Source: Malacoraja senta (taxonomy: Eukaryota). Taken from it: a stretch of DNA of 64,000 bases. Below are positions 24,551 through 37,135 of the stretch, one piece after another; within the stretch, counting starts at the first letter, position 1; each line of letters begins with the position of its first letter. The stretch covers positions 1-64,000 of the forward strand of contig JAXLNO010005195.1 in the NCBI GenBank assembly GCA_038087875.1. The letters run 5' to 3'. Under the pieces are notes generated by a model, which did not search any database, was not told the origin of the DNA, and saw only the letters and a program-made list of their open reading frames with translations. A program made the translations under genes and the position numbers.

Positions 24551-24750
24551 NNNNNNNNNNNNNNNNNNNNNNNNNNNNNNNNNNNNNNNNNNNNNNNNNN
24601 NNNNNNNNNNNNNNNNNNNNNNNNNNNNNNNNNNNNNNNNNNNNNNNNNNNNNNNNNNNNNNNNNNNNNNNNNNNNNNNNNNNNNNNNNNNNNNNNNNNN
24701 NNNNNNNNNNNNNNNNNNNNNNNNNNNNNNNNNNNNNNNNNNNNNNNNNN
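24551..24750. other. Assembly gap (200 N)
   Basis: Run of N; the round number suggests unknown true size. Confidence 1.
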
Positions 24751-25390
24751 GAAATACTTTTATTTGTGCTTCATTTGTTGATTTTCATGTATGAGAAGCC
24801 CTTTTCAGACAGTGGTGTTTGCTGTAGTGCTACTTTTCTCAATATTCGCAAAAACGCGTTTTTTATATTGAACAAGAATAAAGACTTTGTTTCACATTCA
24901 AGACATTTGTTTCACATAAGACTTTGTCTTATTTTCTGATCTACTGAGAGGTGACAATTTTAAACATTTAAAAAGCACAGCATATGAGGCAGCTCTCCTT
25001 AAATCTCACAAATGATTGTGAGAATCAAGATGTGAATATATTTTGCCTTCCTCTATTTTGTGTTTTATGATGAAAGGAATATTACATTCAATTCATGAGA
25101 CTTTGTAGTGATATTAAAATGAAGACTTCCAGACATCAATTTGATCTTGATAGCAAAGAACTCTCTTTTATTGTGCAATGAAGTAAACAAACAGTGAGAA
25201 TCAAACGGATCAGTAAAAAGCTTTTCAACACAACACAACACAACACAAATTTATATATAAACTTCAAGCAATTTTTTCTTTTCAACCCACTCTGTCACCT
25301 TATCAATAACTTGCTTAACTTTGTTAAGCAGAATTTATCTTTAAAAAGTCTAAGTAACTGATATTTCTGTCCCTGATTATTGTTTCTAAA

Positions 25391-25697
25391 AAGAGTTCCC
25401 ACGGTAGAATCACGAGTCACAAAGTTAAACGCACGGGCCACTAAGTTCTTACAACGAGTTTAAATGTTTCAATTTTTAACCACAAGAGTACATTTTACTC
25501 GTGGAAAAGTTTAAACATGTTTGAACTTTTGCAAGAGAACAAGTTTCACGTGTACCTCCCGTTAACACCAAGAGTTGCCAAGTTGCGTCCACGAGTTCAG
25601 ACGTTCCCGCTACGTTAATTGTACGTGATTACCACGAGTTAAATTTGTTTTAAACTCGGGGTCACTCGTGGGTCAACTCGCACAGTGAGACAGCCCT
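25391..25697. mobile_element. Degenerate Harbinger-type MITE
   Basis: Right end GTGAGACAGCCCT+TTA; internal inverted acgagtt/aactcgt motifs. Confidence 0.45.
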
Positions 25698-25844
25698 TTA
25701 AGGGACAGGATCAGGCCTGTGTACAAGAACCTGTGGACCGGGTTTTGTGGACCTGTGCTCTAAACACACTCCAAGAATCTACTGGTGCTTGCCAAGGTAG
25801 TCTAAGGTGTTCAGATTGCGAAGATCCCACTGTTGTCAAATCAA

Positions 25845-26250
25845 GGCAAGAGTCAAGAGAGTTTATTGTCATGTGGTCCCAGATAGGACAATGAAATTCT
25901 TGCTTGCTGCAGCACAACAGAATATAGTAGGTATAAACACAGATCAGATCATTGTGTCCATATAGAATAAATATATACACACATCAATAAACAGATAAAG
26001 TGCATTAGGCTGCTATAGGTCAGAGTTTGTTTGAAGTTGTGTTTAATAGTCAGATGGCTGTGGGGAAGTAGATATTCCTGAACCTGGTCGTTGCAGTCTA
26101 CAGGCTCCTGTACCTTCCATCTGATGGCAGCAGAGAGATGAGTGTGTGGCCAGGATGGTGTGGGTCCTTGATGATGCTGGCAGCCTTTTTGAGGCAGCGA
26201 CTGCGATAGATCCTCTCGATGGTGGGGAGGTACAGGTTTAGATGTGTGCA
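25845..26250 (-). mobile_element. Rex1/Babar 3' fragment with (TCTTGAC)n-like tail
   Basis: IERIYRSRCLKKAASIIKDPHHPGHTLISLLPSDGRYRSL; related copies at ~31950-32220 (+) and ~33300-33630 (-). Confidence 0.8.
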
Positions 26251-26359
26251 AGGTTCTTTTTCCAATAACAATCCGTCCATGGAATTGTAAAGGAGGCATG
26301 TGGTTTACTCACCATCATTAATTCTAAGAGTCAGGAAATCATTACGCAATTAGTTATTT

Positions 26360-26609
26360 TAGTTTTGTTTAGAAATACAGCATGCAAACAGTCCCTTCGG
26401 CCCACCGGGTCCGTGCCGACCTGCGATCCCCGCTATCTTACACACACTAGGCACAATTTACATTTATACCAAAGCCACGCATGTACGTCTTTGGAGTGTG
26501 GGAGGAAACCCACGCAGGTCACGGGGAGAACGTGCAAACTCCATAGAGACAGCACCCGTAGTCAGGATCGAACCCAGATCTCGACCGCTGTAAGGCAGCA
26601 ACTCTACCG
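26360..26609 (-). mobile_element. HE1-like tRNA-derived SINE, 5' end lost in gap
   Basis: cggtagagttgctgcc head, B box ggttcgatcc, CR1-like 3' tail. Confidence 0.8.
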
Positions 26610-27133
26610 NNNNNNNNNNNNNNNNNNNNNNNNNNNNNNNNNNNNNNNNNNNNNNNNNNNNNNNNNNNNNNNNNNNNNNNNNNNNNNNNNNNNNNNNNNN
26701 NNNNNNNNNNNNNNNNNNNNNNNNNNNNNNNNNNNNNNNNNNNNNNNNNNNNNNNNNNNNNNNNNNNNNNNNNNNNNNNNNNNNNNNNNNNNNNNNNNNN
26801 NNNNNNNNNNNNNNNNNNNNNNNNNNNNNNNNNNNNNNNNNNNNNNNNNNNNNNNNNNNNNNNNNNNNNNNNNNNNNNNNNNNNNNNNNNNNNNNNNNNN
26901 NNNNNNNNNNNNNNNNNNNNNNNNNNNNNNNNNNNNNNNNNNNNNNNNNNNNNNNNNNNNNNNNNNNNNNNNNNNNNNNNNNNNNNNNNNNNNNNNNNNN
27001 NNNNNNNNNNNNNNNNNNNNNNNNNNNNNNNNNNNNNNNNNNNNNNNNNNNNNNNNNNNNNNNNNNNNNNNNNNNNNNNNNNNNNNNNNNNNNNNNNNNN
27101 NNNNNNNNNNNNNNNNNNNNNNNNNNNNNNNNN
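26610..27133. other. Assembly gap (524 N)
   Basis: Run of N. Confidence 1.
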
Positions 27134-27450
27134 NGTGAGTGATTGGGTGGTTGATTTGTTAGTTGGTTGGTTAGTTGGTTGGTTGATCAGTTAGTTACTT
27201 CGTTGGTTGATTGGTAAGTTTGTTACTTGGTTAGTTAATTAGTTAGTTGGTTAGTTAATTGGTTAGTTGGTTAGTTGGTTAGTTAGTTAGTTGGATAGTT
27301 GGTTAATTAGTCAGTCAGTCGGTCAGCTGGTCAGCCGGTCAGCCGGTCCGTCAGTTAGTCAGTTAGTCAGTTAGTCAGTTAGTCAGCTAGTTAGTTAGTC
27401 AGTCAGTCAGTCAGTGAGTCAGTCAGTCAGTCAGTCAGTCATTCAGTCAG
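27134..27450. repeat. Compound tetranucleotide microsatellite (GGTT/AGTT grading to AGTC)
   Basis: Directly visible; begins at the gap edge. Confidence 0.95.
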
Positions 27451-27830
27451 TCCCAGAATTTTGGGATTCACAAATTCTACACGCGCCAACTGCGTGACAT
27501 GCCAATGACGCCCAAGTGGGACAAGCCCTTGACTAAAGAAATTCCTTCTCATCTGCTTTCTGAAAGTATGTCCTTTAATTGTTAGGCTGTGGCTTCTGGT
27601 CCGAGACTCTCCCACTAGTGGAAATATTCTCTCCACATCCACAGTCTATCCTCTGTCCAACGGAGAAAGTTTGAAGAGAAAATTGTTTCTGCTGTTGTAA
27701 CAGCAACTTTCGCTGTTGTAACTGAAGCACTCCTTTCTCTCTGATTAATGATGTCTTGCCTCGGGGCGATTTTTATTTTCTGTTGCATCCCATCACAACC
27801 GGTCTCTTGCACAAGTCGTGGCAGGTGGAA

Positions 27831-27886
27831 GGAAACGTGACGCCTCATTCCAGCCCTACTCCCCGCCTTCTCTCCACAGCTATAAA
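27831..27886 (+). promoter_or_regulatory. PTGES core promoter
   Basis: Half-CRE TGACG 27838-27842, GC box CCCCGCC 27861-27867, TATAAA 27881-27886, 47 bp before the ATG. Confidence 0.55.
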
Positions 27887-27932
27887 CGAGAAAGGAGACG
27901 AACGCCGAGCCAGACCGCTCCTTTCAGCAAAG

Positions 27933-28049
27933 ATGACCCTGAACTTCCAGAACGACGCATTTTGCTCGTACGTTTTCTACTCGGGGCTCTTACTGGTTAA
28001 GATGTTCGCTGTCGCGATCCTGACTGGCCAAGTCAGGCTTCGCAAGAAG
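27933..28049 (+). CDS. PTGES: Prostaglandin E synthase (MAPEG family) exon 1
   Basis: MTLNFQNDAFCSYVFYSGLLLVKMFAVAILTGQVRLRKK, donor AAG|GTAATA; matches mPGES-1 helix 1 (AIITGQVRLRKK). Confidence 0.92.
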
Positions 28050-28649
28050 GTAATAACTCTCTAAAATACTTAATCCTTTGCGTTATTGACGAGCGCCTCA
28101 GCCGTGTTAATGTTGATGGGATCTAATCTCTCGTTGGTGTTATAGCAGGGGTAGGGAAGGGTGGTTTAGTTAGCGATGCCCTTTGTCTGTGGAATTCTCT
28201 GCCTCAGAGGGCGGTGGAGGCAGGTTCTCTGGATGCTTTCAAGAGAGCTAGATAGGGCTCTTAAAGGTGGCGGAGTCAGGGGATATGGGGAGAAGGCAGG
28301 AACGGGGTACTGATTGGGATGATCAGCCATGATCACATTGAATGGCAGTGCTGTCTCGAAGGGCCGAATGGCCTACTCCTGCACCTATTGTCTATTGTCT
28401 ATTATCTATTGTCAGGAATTAACTCAACAGTTGAAACACGTGAAACTGCAAATGCTGCAATCTTGAACGAAACAAAAATAACTGCTGGAGTAACTCAACG
28501 GGTCAGGCAGCACCTGTGGAGGGAATGGACATATCGTTATTAGTCATTAGTCTAAAGAAGGGTCTCGACCCGAAACGTCGCCCATTCCTTCGCTCCCTAG
28601 ATGCTGCCTCACCCGCTGAGTTACTCCAGCATTTTTGTCTACCTTCGAT

Positions 28650-29480
28650 TGTTCCAGCATCTGCAGTTCCTTCTTAAACATATCGTTATTAGTCGGTAAG
28701 AAAGAACTGCAGATGATGGATTAAATCGAAGGTAGACACAAATTGCTGGAGTAACTCAGCGGGACAGGCAGCATCTCTGGAGAGAAGGAATGGGCGACGT
28801 TTCGGGTGGAGACCCTTTTTCAGACTGATGTCAGGGGAGGGGGCGGGACGGAGATAGAATGTAGTCGGACACAGTAAGACTGGTGGGAGAACTGGGAAGA
28901 GGATGGAGAGAGGGAAAGCAAGGGCTATCTGAAGTTAGAGAAGTCAATGTTCATACCGCTGGGGTGTAAACTAGCCAAGCGAAATATGAGGTGCTGCTCC
29001 TCCAATTTGCGGTGGGACTCACTCTGGCCATGGAGGAGGCCCAGGACAGAAAGGTCAGATTGGGAATGGGAGGGGGAGTTGAAGTGCTGAGTCACCGGGT
29101 GATCAGGTAGGTTAAAAGGGACTGAGCGGAGGTGTTCAGTTCAGACCGAGCCTGCGCTTGGTATCACCGATGTAGATAAGTTGACACCTGGAACAGCGGA
29201 TGCAGTAGATGAGGTTGGAGGAGGTGCAGGTGAACCTCTGCCTCACCTGGAAAGACTGTCTGGGTCCTCGGATGGAGTCGAGGGGGGGATGTAAAGGGAT
29301 AGGTGTTGCATCTCCTGCGATTGCAGGGGAAATTACCCGGGAGGGGGTGGTTTGGGTGGGAAGGGACGAGTTGACCAGGGAGTTTCGGAGGGAACGGTCT
29401 CTGCGGAAAGCAGAAAGGGGTGGAGATGGGAAGACGCGGCCAGTGGTGGGATCCCGTTGGAGGTGGCGAAAGTATTGGAG
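28650..29480 (-). mobile_element. Penelope-like GIY-YIG fragment and pLTR in PTGES intron 1
   Basis: GNFPCNRRRCNTYPF, ctcatatttcgcttgg and the pLTR unit. Confidence 0.85.
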
Positions 29481-29770
29481 GATTAGATGCGACGAAACGT
29501 TCTCTGCAGAGATGTTGCCTCACCCGCTGAGTTACTCCAGCATTTTGTGTCTACCTTCGTTATTAGTCGGGGCGCTTCTTCAGGCTTTGAGAAGGACCCG
29601 ACCTGAACGTCGTTCAGTGTTTGATGAGACACATCCTCGCTGGTCCAACTGAAGAATCCTTCAGGGATGGGCGGGGGGATGGGGGGGGGGGAGATGATTT
29701 GGGAAAGCTCCTGGGGTAATAACGCTGTCTCCTGTCTGACTAAGTTTCCCCCCCCCACTCTCGCCCGCAG

Positions 29771-29853
29771 GCTTTCGCTAACCCGGAGGATTCCCTGAGA
29801 CACGGTGGCCTGAAGTTCCACCGGACCGACCCAACGGTGGAGCGTTGCCGGAG
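29771..29853 (+). CDS. PTGES: Prostaglandin E synthase exon 2
   Basis: 83 bp, AFANPEDSLRHGGLKFHRTDPTVERCR; acceptor cgcag|, donor AG|GTGAGG (phase 2). Confidence 0.95.
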
Positions 29854-30169
29854 GTGAGGACAATAGACAATAGGTGCAGGAGTCGGCCATTAGGCCCCTT
29901 CGAGCCAGCACCGCCGTTCACTGCAATCGTGGCTGATCATCCACAATCAGTATCCCGTTCCTGCCTTCTCCCCATATACCCTGACTCCGCTATCGTTAAG
30001 AGCTCGATCTAACTCTCTCTTGAAAGCATCCAGAGAATTGGCCTCCACTGCTTGCTGAGGAAGAGCATTCCACTGATTCACAACTCTCTGGGTGAAAATG
30101 TCATTCCTCATCTCCATTCTCCCTTATTCCTGAACTGTGGCCCCTGGTTCTGGACTCCCCCCAACATCA

Positions 30170-30785
30170 TATAACCATATAACCATATAACCATAACAGC
30201 ACGGAAACAGGCCATCTCGGCCCTTCAAGTCCGTGCCGAACACTCCCCCCCCCTTCTTTCTTCTTACTTCCCCCTAGTCCCATCTACCTGCACTCGGACC
30301 ATAACCCTCCATTCCTTTCCAGTCCATATACCCATCCAATCTATTTTTAAAGGATAACATCGAACCTGCCTCCACCACTTCCACTGGAAGCTCATTCCAC
30401 ACAGCTACCGCTCTCTGAGTAAAGAAGTTCCCCCTAATGTTCCCCCTAAACTTCTGTCCCTTAATTCTCAAGTCATGTCCCCTTGTTTGAATCTTCCCTA
30501 CTCTCAATGGGAAAAGCTTATCCACGTCCACTCTGTCTAACCCGCTCATAAATTTAAAGACCTCTATCAAGTCCCCTCTTAACCTTCTGCGCTCCAAAGA
30601 ATAAAGACCTAACTTGTTCAACCTTTCTCTGTAACTTAGTTGCTGAAACCCAGGCAACATTCTAGTAAATCTCCTCTGTACTCTCTCTATTTTGTTGACA
30701 TCCTTCCTATAATTAGACGACCAAAATTGTACTCCATACTCCAGAATTGGCCTCACCAATGCCTTGTACAATTTTAACATTACAA
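30170..30785 (-). mobile_element. CR1 3' fragment, (ATATAACC)n subfamily
   Basis: ORF 30274-30798. Confidence 0.9.
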
Positions 30786-30999
30786 TTGTACAAGGCATTG
30801 GTGAGACATCAGGAACATGTTTCCTGCCTCTAGCGTGTCCAAACCCTTAATAAACTAATATGTTTCAATAAGATCCCCTCTCAACCTTTTAAACTCCAGA
30901 GTGTACAAGCACAGTCGCTCCATTCTATCAACATATGACAGTTCCGCCATCCCGGGAATTAACGTGGTGAACCTGCGCTGCCTCAATAGCAAGAATGTC

Positions 31000-31378
31000 C
31001 TAGGTACACAGAAATGCTGGAGAAACTCAGCGGGTGCAGCAGCATCTATGGAGCGAAGGAAATAGGCAACGTTTCGGGCCGAAACCCTTCTTCAGACTGA
31101 TGGGGGGTGGGGAGAACAAAGGAAAAAGGCGGAGGAGGAGCCCGAGGACTGAGGGATGGGAGGAGACAGCCAGAGGGCTGAGGAAGGGGAGGAGACAGCA
31201 AGGGCTAGCAAAATTGGGAGAATTCAATGTTCAAGCCCCCAGGATGCAGACTACCCAAGCGGTATATGAGGTGCATTTCCTCCAATTTCCGGTGTTGCAC
31301 GCTCTGGCCATGGAGGAGACCCAGGACAGAGAGTTCGAATACGGAATGGGAGGGGGTGTTGAAGTTTTGAGCCAGAAT
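31000..31378 (-). mobile_element. Penelope-like 3' fragment with hammerhead motif at 31068-31095
   Basis: LSVLGLLHGQSVQHRKLEEMHLIYRLG; CUGAAGA-A-GGGU(UUCG)GCCC-GAAAC-GUU. Confidence 0.85.
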
Positions 31379-32384
31379 GTTCTTCCTCACCTTTGGAGAC
31401 CAAAGCTGCGTGGGATAGTTGCTTCTTGCGGGGCCAAATGGTCGAGTGGCCACACTCAGACCTTCCCTCGGACTCTGCCATTGTTCTGTCTCTGGCCTGG
31501 ACTCGAGATCTTCAGGGACCCAGAACCCACTCATTTCAAGAGGACACCAGCGCGGGTGACACTCGAAGACCCCTCGGTTCATACATAAATATGGGGACTG
31601 CCCGTCCAGTGTGCCCTGCTGTATTTAATGCAAGACTTGAATATGCCCTTCTCCATCAGCTCTCTCTGTTAACCTCGCCACCAGATAACCTGGAACTGCA
31701 GATGCTGGTTTAAACCAAAGACAGTCACAAAGTGCTGGAGTAACTCAGCGGGACAGGCGGCATCTCTGGAGGGAAGGAATGGGTGACGTTTCGGGCCGAG
31801 ACCCTTCTCCAGACTCTGAGTCTGAAGGGGAGGAGAGGTCTCAGGGACTGATGAACGGGCCTCAGAGGACTGAGACTCAGAGTTTGAAGAGGGGTCTCGA
31901 CCCGAAACGTCACCCATTCCTTCTCTCCAGAGATGCTGCCTCCAGGTTCTGCAACATCCAGGTTCAGGAACAGCTGCTTCCCCACATCCATCAGACTATT
32001 AAACACAACTTCAAACAAACTCTGAACTATAACAGCCTATTGCACTTCATCTGTTTATTTATGTGTGTATATATGTATATATATATATATTCGATGGTAT
32101 ATGGACGCACTGATCTGATCTGTTCTGTATTTATGCCTACAACACTATGTTGTGCTGCAGCAAGCAAGAGTTTCATTGTCCTATCTGGGACCACATGAAA
32201 ATAAACTCTCTTGACTTGACATGACCCTGTCCCGCTGAGGTACTCCAGCTTTTTGTGTCTATCGTCAGATAACCTGGTTTGCAGTTGACCATTTACCCCT
32301 CCCCCACTGCCCCCTTTTTCACCCCCCCCATCCATTTCCCCCTCCCCAGTCCCCACTTCCTCCCTTCCCTCTCTCCCGGTACCG

Positions 32385-32680
32385 TTTCCCTCTGGAAGGC
32401 GACTCCGGACTGTCAAAGCTGCCACAGCCAGACATAAAAACAGCGTTTTTCCCCACGAGTAGTAGCTCTACTCAATAACCAAAAATCTGTAGCCTCCCTT
32501 TGCTCTGGTATTTTATTAAATTCACGTGTTTAATCAATAATATTTAATTATTGATGTTTTATGTGTCATTCCTAACTGTCACTGTATGTCATGTTGGCAC
32601 TTGCGGGCGGAGCACCAAGGCAAATCCTTGTATGTGAATACTTGGCCAATAAACTGATTCATTCATTCATTCATTCATTC
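32385..32680 (+). mobile_element. Rex1/Babar 3' end with AATAAA and (ATTC)n tail
   Basis: GRRLRTVKAAT remnant; same 3' UTR at ~4125-4225 (-) and ~55400-55560 (-). Confidence 0.8.
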
Positions 32681-34140
32681 GTTTCTTCTCCCCTCTAACT
32701 CCGCCTCCCCCTCTCCCTTTCCAAATGTGAAACAAAGGCCTGAGACGAAAAGATAAAAGGTTAAGAAATTGAATAAAATGACCTATTTCCATGCTGCAGC
32801 TCTAAATTAAACAATTTAAACAAAAAATCTTCCAAATGTTATTCATGGGTCGATAATTAATGATTCAATTGTGCTCTAATGTCAATGTGCAAAGACAGTG
32901 ATTGTTTTTTTGCACACATTTCAGTAAAGTATTGCCTCACCTAACCATTATCCCCGGTGATCACTGGTTCCTGCAAACACTGCGTGCAACAGTCAAGTCA
33001 AGTCAAGAGAGTTTATTGTCATGTGTCCCAGATAGGACAATGAAATTCATGCTTGCTGCAGCACAACAGAGTATTGTAGGCACAAATACAGAACAGTTCA
33101 GTGTGTCTATATACCATAGACCATATATATATATATGAGAGAAAAGACTTTGCCTTCCAGCACAGTGAGGAGGAGATTCACTGTGATGGATTTTTTTCTG
33201 TAAATTGAATTGTTTGTGTGTCGTGTAGGAATTGTTTTGTTTGTATGGCTGTGGAAACGGAGTTTCGTTTGAGCCTCTCTGAGGTTCAAATGACAAGTAA
33301 TCTAATCTAATCTAATCTAATATATACACACACATAAATAAATAGATATAGTGCAATAGGCTATTATAGTTCAGAGTTTGTTTGATGTTGTGTTTAATAG
33401 TCTGATGGCTGTGGGGAAGTAGCTGCTCCTGAACCTGGATGTTGCAGATTTCAGGCTCCTGTACCTTCTACCTGAAGGCAGCGGAGAGATGAGTGTGTAG
33501 CCAGGATGGTGTGGGTCCTTGATGATGGTGGCAGCCTTTTGAGGTAGCGACTGCGATAGATCCTCTCGATGGTGGGAAGGTCAGAGCCGATGATCGACTG
33601 GGCAGTATTTACTATGTTTTGGTGCCATTCCAAAGTCCAGTCAGCGCCCTTAGTTTTATGAGTGGCCCCTGATCCACTTCACTTTCATTAAGTTCACTCT
33701 CATACTGGCCTTGCATCCACCATCGCTGGCTCCCTCCTCTGGGTGACCCATCGACTAACCCGAAGACAGGCACAAAAAGCTGGAGTAACTCAGCGAGTCA
33801 GACGGCATCTCTGGAGAGAAGGAATCGGTGATGCTTTGGGTCGAGACCCTTCTTCAGACCTGACCCGAAACGTCACCTAATCCTTCTCTCCAGAGATGCT
33901 GCCTGTCCCGCTGAGTTACTCCAGGTTAATGTGTCTATCTTCTGTTTAAACCAGCATCTGCAGTTCCTTCCTCCACCATCGACTAACCCGTCCCTTTTTA
34001 GAAACATTGAAAAATTGGTGGGCATTCAGGAGGTCATTCGGCCCTTAGAGCAAGCACTGCCATTCAATATGATGATGGTTGATCATCTAAAATCAGTATC
34101 CCATATCTCTTGATTCCATTAGCCCTAAGAGCTATATCTA

Positions 34141-34526
34141 AGGCCTGCCCCACTTAGGAGACCTAAACAGCAACCTCTGGTAAACTTGCCCGCCACCCAA
34201 AAAAAAATCAAGGTCGAGGTGACCTGCAACCTCCTAACACCTCCACGCATATGTTGAAAACCTTCCTCGACTATGAAGAAACCGGCTTCGACTAGACATG
34301 CGACTAAACAATTATCGATTTTAAAACGTCAACCTATTTTATATCAAGGCCGGTTTTAATCATGATGAAAAAATAGCAGCAACCTAGATGAAGCCCCGAC
34401 CACGTGGAAACCACTTTTGACCATTAGGGAGAGTGACCAAAACCTCTGGTGACCTCATGGAAACCTTGGGTGGCGAGCAAGGCCACCAGAGGTTGCTGTT
34501 TAGGTCTCCTGAGTGGGACAGGCCCT
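34141..34526. mobile_element. Harbinger-type MITE in PTGES intron 2
   Basis: ~40-bp TIR aggcctgccccacttaggagacctaaacagcaacctctggt and its reverse complement, followed by TAA. Confidence 0.75.
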
Positions 34527-34566
34527 TAACTCTTTCTTGAAAACTCTCTATTTTCCGTTGCTGCAG

Positions 34567-34816
34567 AGCTCATCGCAACGACATGGAGTGCATCTTCCCG
34601 TTCCTATTCCTGGGTGTTGTCTACTGCCTCCTGGACCCCAGCCCTTCCATTGCCAGGATCCACTTCCGCATCTTCTTCCTGGCCAGAGTGGTCCACACAG
34701 TGGCCTACCTCTTCGCCCTGAAGGCCCCCACCAGATCGCTGGCCTACACTGTCGGGCAGGTCCCCTGCTTCTCCATGGCCATGAAGATTCTCATCAACGT
34801 TGCCTCCTACTGGTGA
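34567..34816 (+). CDS. PTGES: Prostaglandin E synthase exon 3 (terminal coding)
   Basis: RAHRNDMECIFPFLFLG..ARVVHTVAY..TRSLAY..stop TGA. Total CDS 450 bp = 149 aa. GSH-binding and catalytic residues (ANPED Asp, RAHRNDME, His, Tyr, Arg-Ser) intact. Confidence 0.95.
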
Positions 34817-36629
34817 GCGCTGGAGGTGCTTGCGTTGGTGTTCAAACCCGTACCAGCTGGGAGGATGACCTCCTTCAACCCAGCCCCTGGGATGTCTGAA
34901 GACCGAGGCTCTGAAAGGAGAGTCAAGCATTAAACTCAAAGACCTCTCCAGGAAACCATTGAGATGTATTCTCTTATCCAATGCTCATCACTGAGATACT
35001 ATGTCCTTTGTATAAGGTTGCACTGGGTACTTTGGCGTGTACTATTATGGTCTATTCACCTAATAATTCATTGTATATTTGTTGGCGACTGCTCACATTT
35101 AAGTTGACGTTAAGGCTATTAGTAGCTTTGCAGTTGAGTTGAGTTGAATTTTAGTTTAGTTTAGTTTTTATTTATTTTATTTTATTTTATTTTCATGTGT
35201 AGCCAGGACTGTGAAGTGTTTTCTCTGTGAGAAATTATAAAAGGACTGGACAAGCTAGATGCAGGAAACATTTTCCAAATGTTCGGCGAGTCCAGAACCA
35301 GGGGCCACAGTTTTAGAATAAAGGGGAGGCCATTTAAGACTGAGGTGAGAAAAAACGTTTTCACCCAGAGAGTTTTGATTTTGTGGAATTCCCTGCCACA
35401 GGGGGCAGTGGAGGCCAAGTCACTGGATGGATTTAAGAGAGAGTTTGATAGAGCTCTAGGGGCTAGTGGATTCAAGGGATATGGGAAGAAGGCAGGCACG
35501 GGTTATCGATTGGGGACGATCAGCCATGATCACAATGAATGGCGGTGCTGGCTCGAAGGGCCGAATGGCCTCCTCCTGCACATATTTTCTATGTTTTCTA
35601 TGTATTTCTGGTTGCCGCTGAATTTTCAACATGGTGAAATTTTTCGGTGACCTTTGACGGGTGCCGGCAGTCGCCGAAAAAGTCGCGCAAGTGGGACATT
35701 TCAGAACCTTTCCTCAGGCTGGAGATCAGGCTGGTTTAGTTTTAACACAGGCCACAGGAATTTTCGGAGAAAGCATTCCACAAGCACAGAAAGAAAGGCG
35801 GATCAGATTTCACTTAACTCCCTGACTCACCCAGAAAGGAAAATCAGACTTGGATCTCCTGCAGGCAATATCAGATTAAAACTACACCTCTGCTGCTCAA
35901 CCAGAACAAAGTTCGCTGTAATTACCACCGACAGAGTTCAATAGTGTTTTTCTTGTAGTTTTATGGTCAGAGGGGAAAAGTATAAGAGCAATTGTGCAGG
36001 ACAAGGTTTTTACAGAAGGTAGTAGGTGCCTGGAAAATGGTGCTAAGGGGTTCTAGAAGGAACTGCAGATGCTGGAAAATCGAAGGTAGACAAAAATGCT
36101 GGAGAAACTCAGCGGGTGCGGCAGCATCTATGGAGCGAAGGAAATAGTCAACGTTTCGGGCCGAAACCCTTCTTCAGACTGATGCAGGGTGGGGGGGGGG
36201 GGGGGGGGGGGGAGAGAAGAAAGGAAGAGGCCAGATACAATAGTGGTGTTTAACAGGCTTTGATGTACATACTGTATTTATGGATATGCAGGGAAAGGAG
36301 GGATATGGAGGTGGATCATGTACACGCAGCTGGGTTAGTTCAGCGCAGACATTGTGGGCCGAAGAGCCCATTCCTGTACTGTACTGTTCTATTTTCTATG
36401 TTCTATGGTTTAAGATATTAGGTTTAAAATTTTGTATTTAAAATTTTACTTACTTCACTGTTTCACAAATGGATGAATTGAGATGTATTTATTGATGCTG
36501 ATATTTTTGCTGAGATGTATTTATTGTTTGATGAAAAATGTGTAAGTTAATTTTATTCATAATAAAAGTATCCGAACCAGAGGAGACAATGCAAAGCCTT
36601 TATATTCTGAGGGTAGTTCAGGCCACATG

Positions 36630-37135
36630 GCCGGCAGAGGTTCACCTGCACCTCCTCCAACTTCATCTATTGCATCCGCTGCTCTAGATGTCAGCTGTTC
36701 TACATCGGTGAGACCAAGCGCAGGCTTGGCGATCGCTTCGCCCAACACCTCCGCTCGGTTCGCAATAACCAACCTGATCTCCCGGTGGCTCAGCACTTCA
36801 ACTCCCCCTCCCATTCCCAATCCGTCCTTTCTGTCCTGGGCCTCCTCCATGGACAGAGTGAGGACCACCGTAAATTGGAGGAGCAGCACCTCATATTTCA
36901 CTTGGGCAGTTTCCACCCCAGCGGTATGAACATTGACTTCTATAATTTCAGGTAGTCCCTGCTTTCTCCTCCCCTTCCCTGCTCTCCCATTGCCGACTGT
37001 CTCCACCTCTTCCTTTCTTCTCCCCCCCCACCTCACATCAGTCTGAAGAAGGGTCTCGCCGCGAAACTTAGCCTATTTCCCTCGTTCCATACATGCTGCC
37101 TCACCCGCTGAGTTTCTCCAGCACTTTTGTCTAAC
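36630..37135 (+). mobile_element. Penelope-like GIY-YIG fragment and pLTR
   Basis: FTCTSSNFIYCIRCSRCQLFYIGETKRRLGDRFAQH in the plus frame. Confidence 0.88.

Noticed and set aside
21384-27138. Long ORFs spanning N-runs (e.g. 21384-22070, 24501-24794, 26365-27138)
   Set aside because: Artefacts of translating through gaps.
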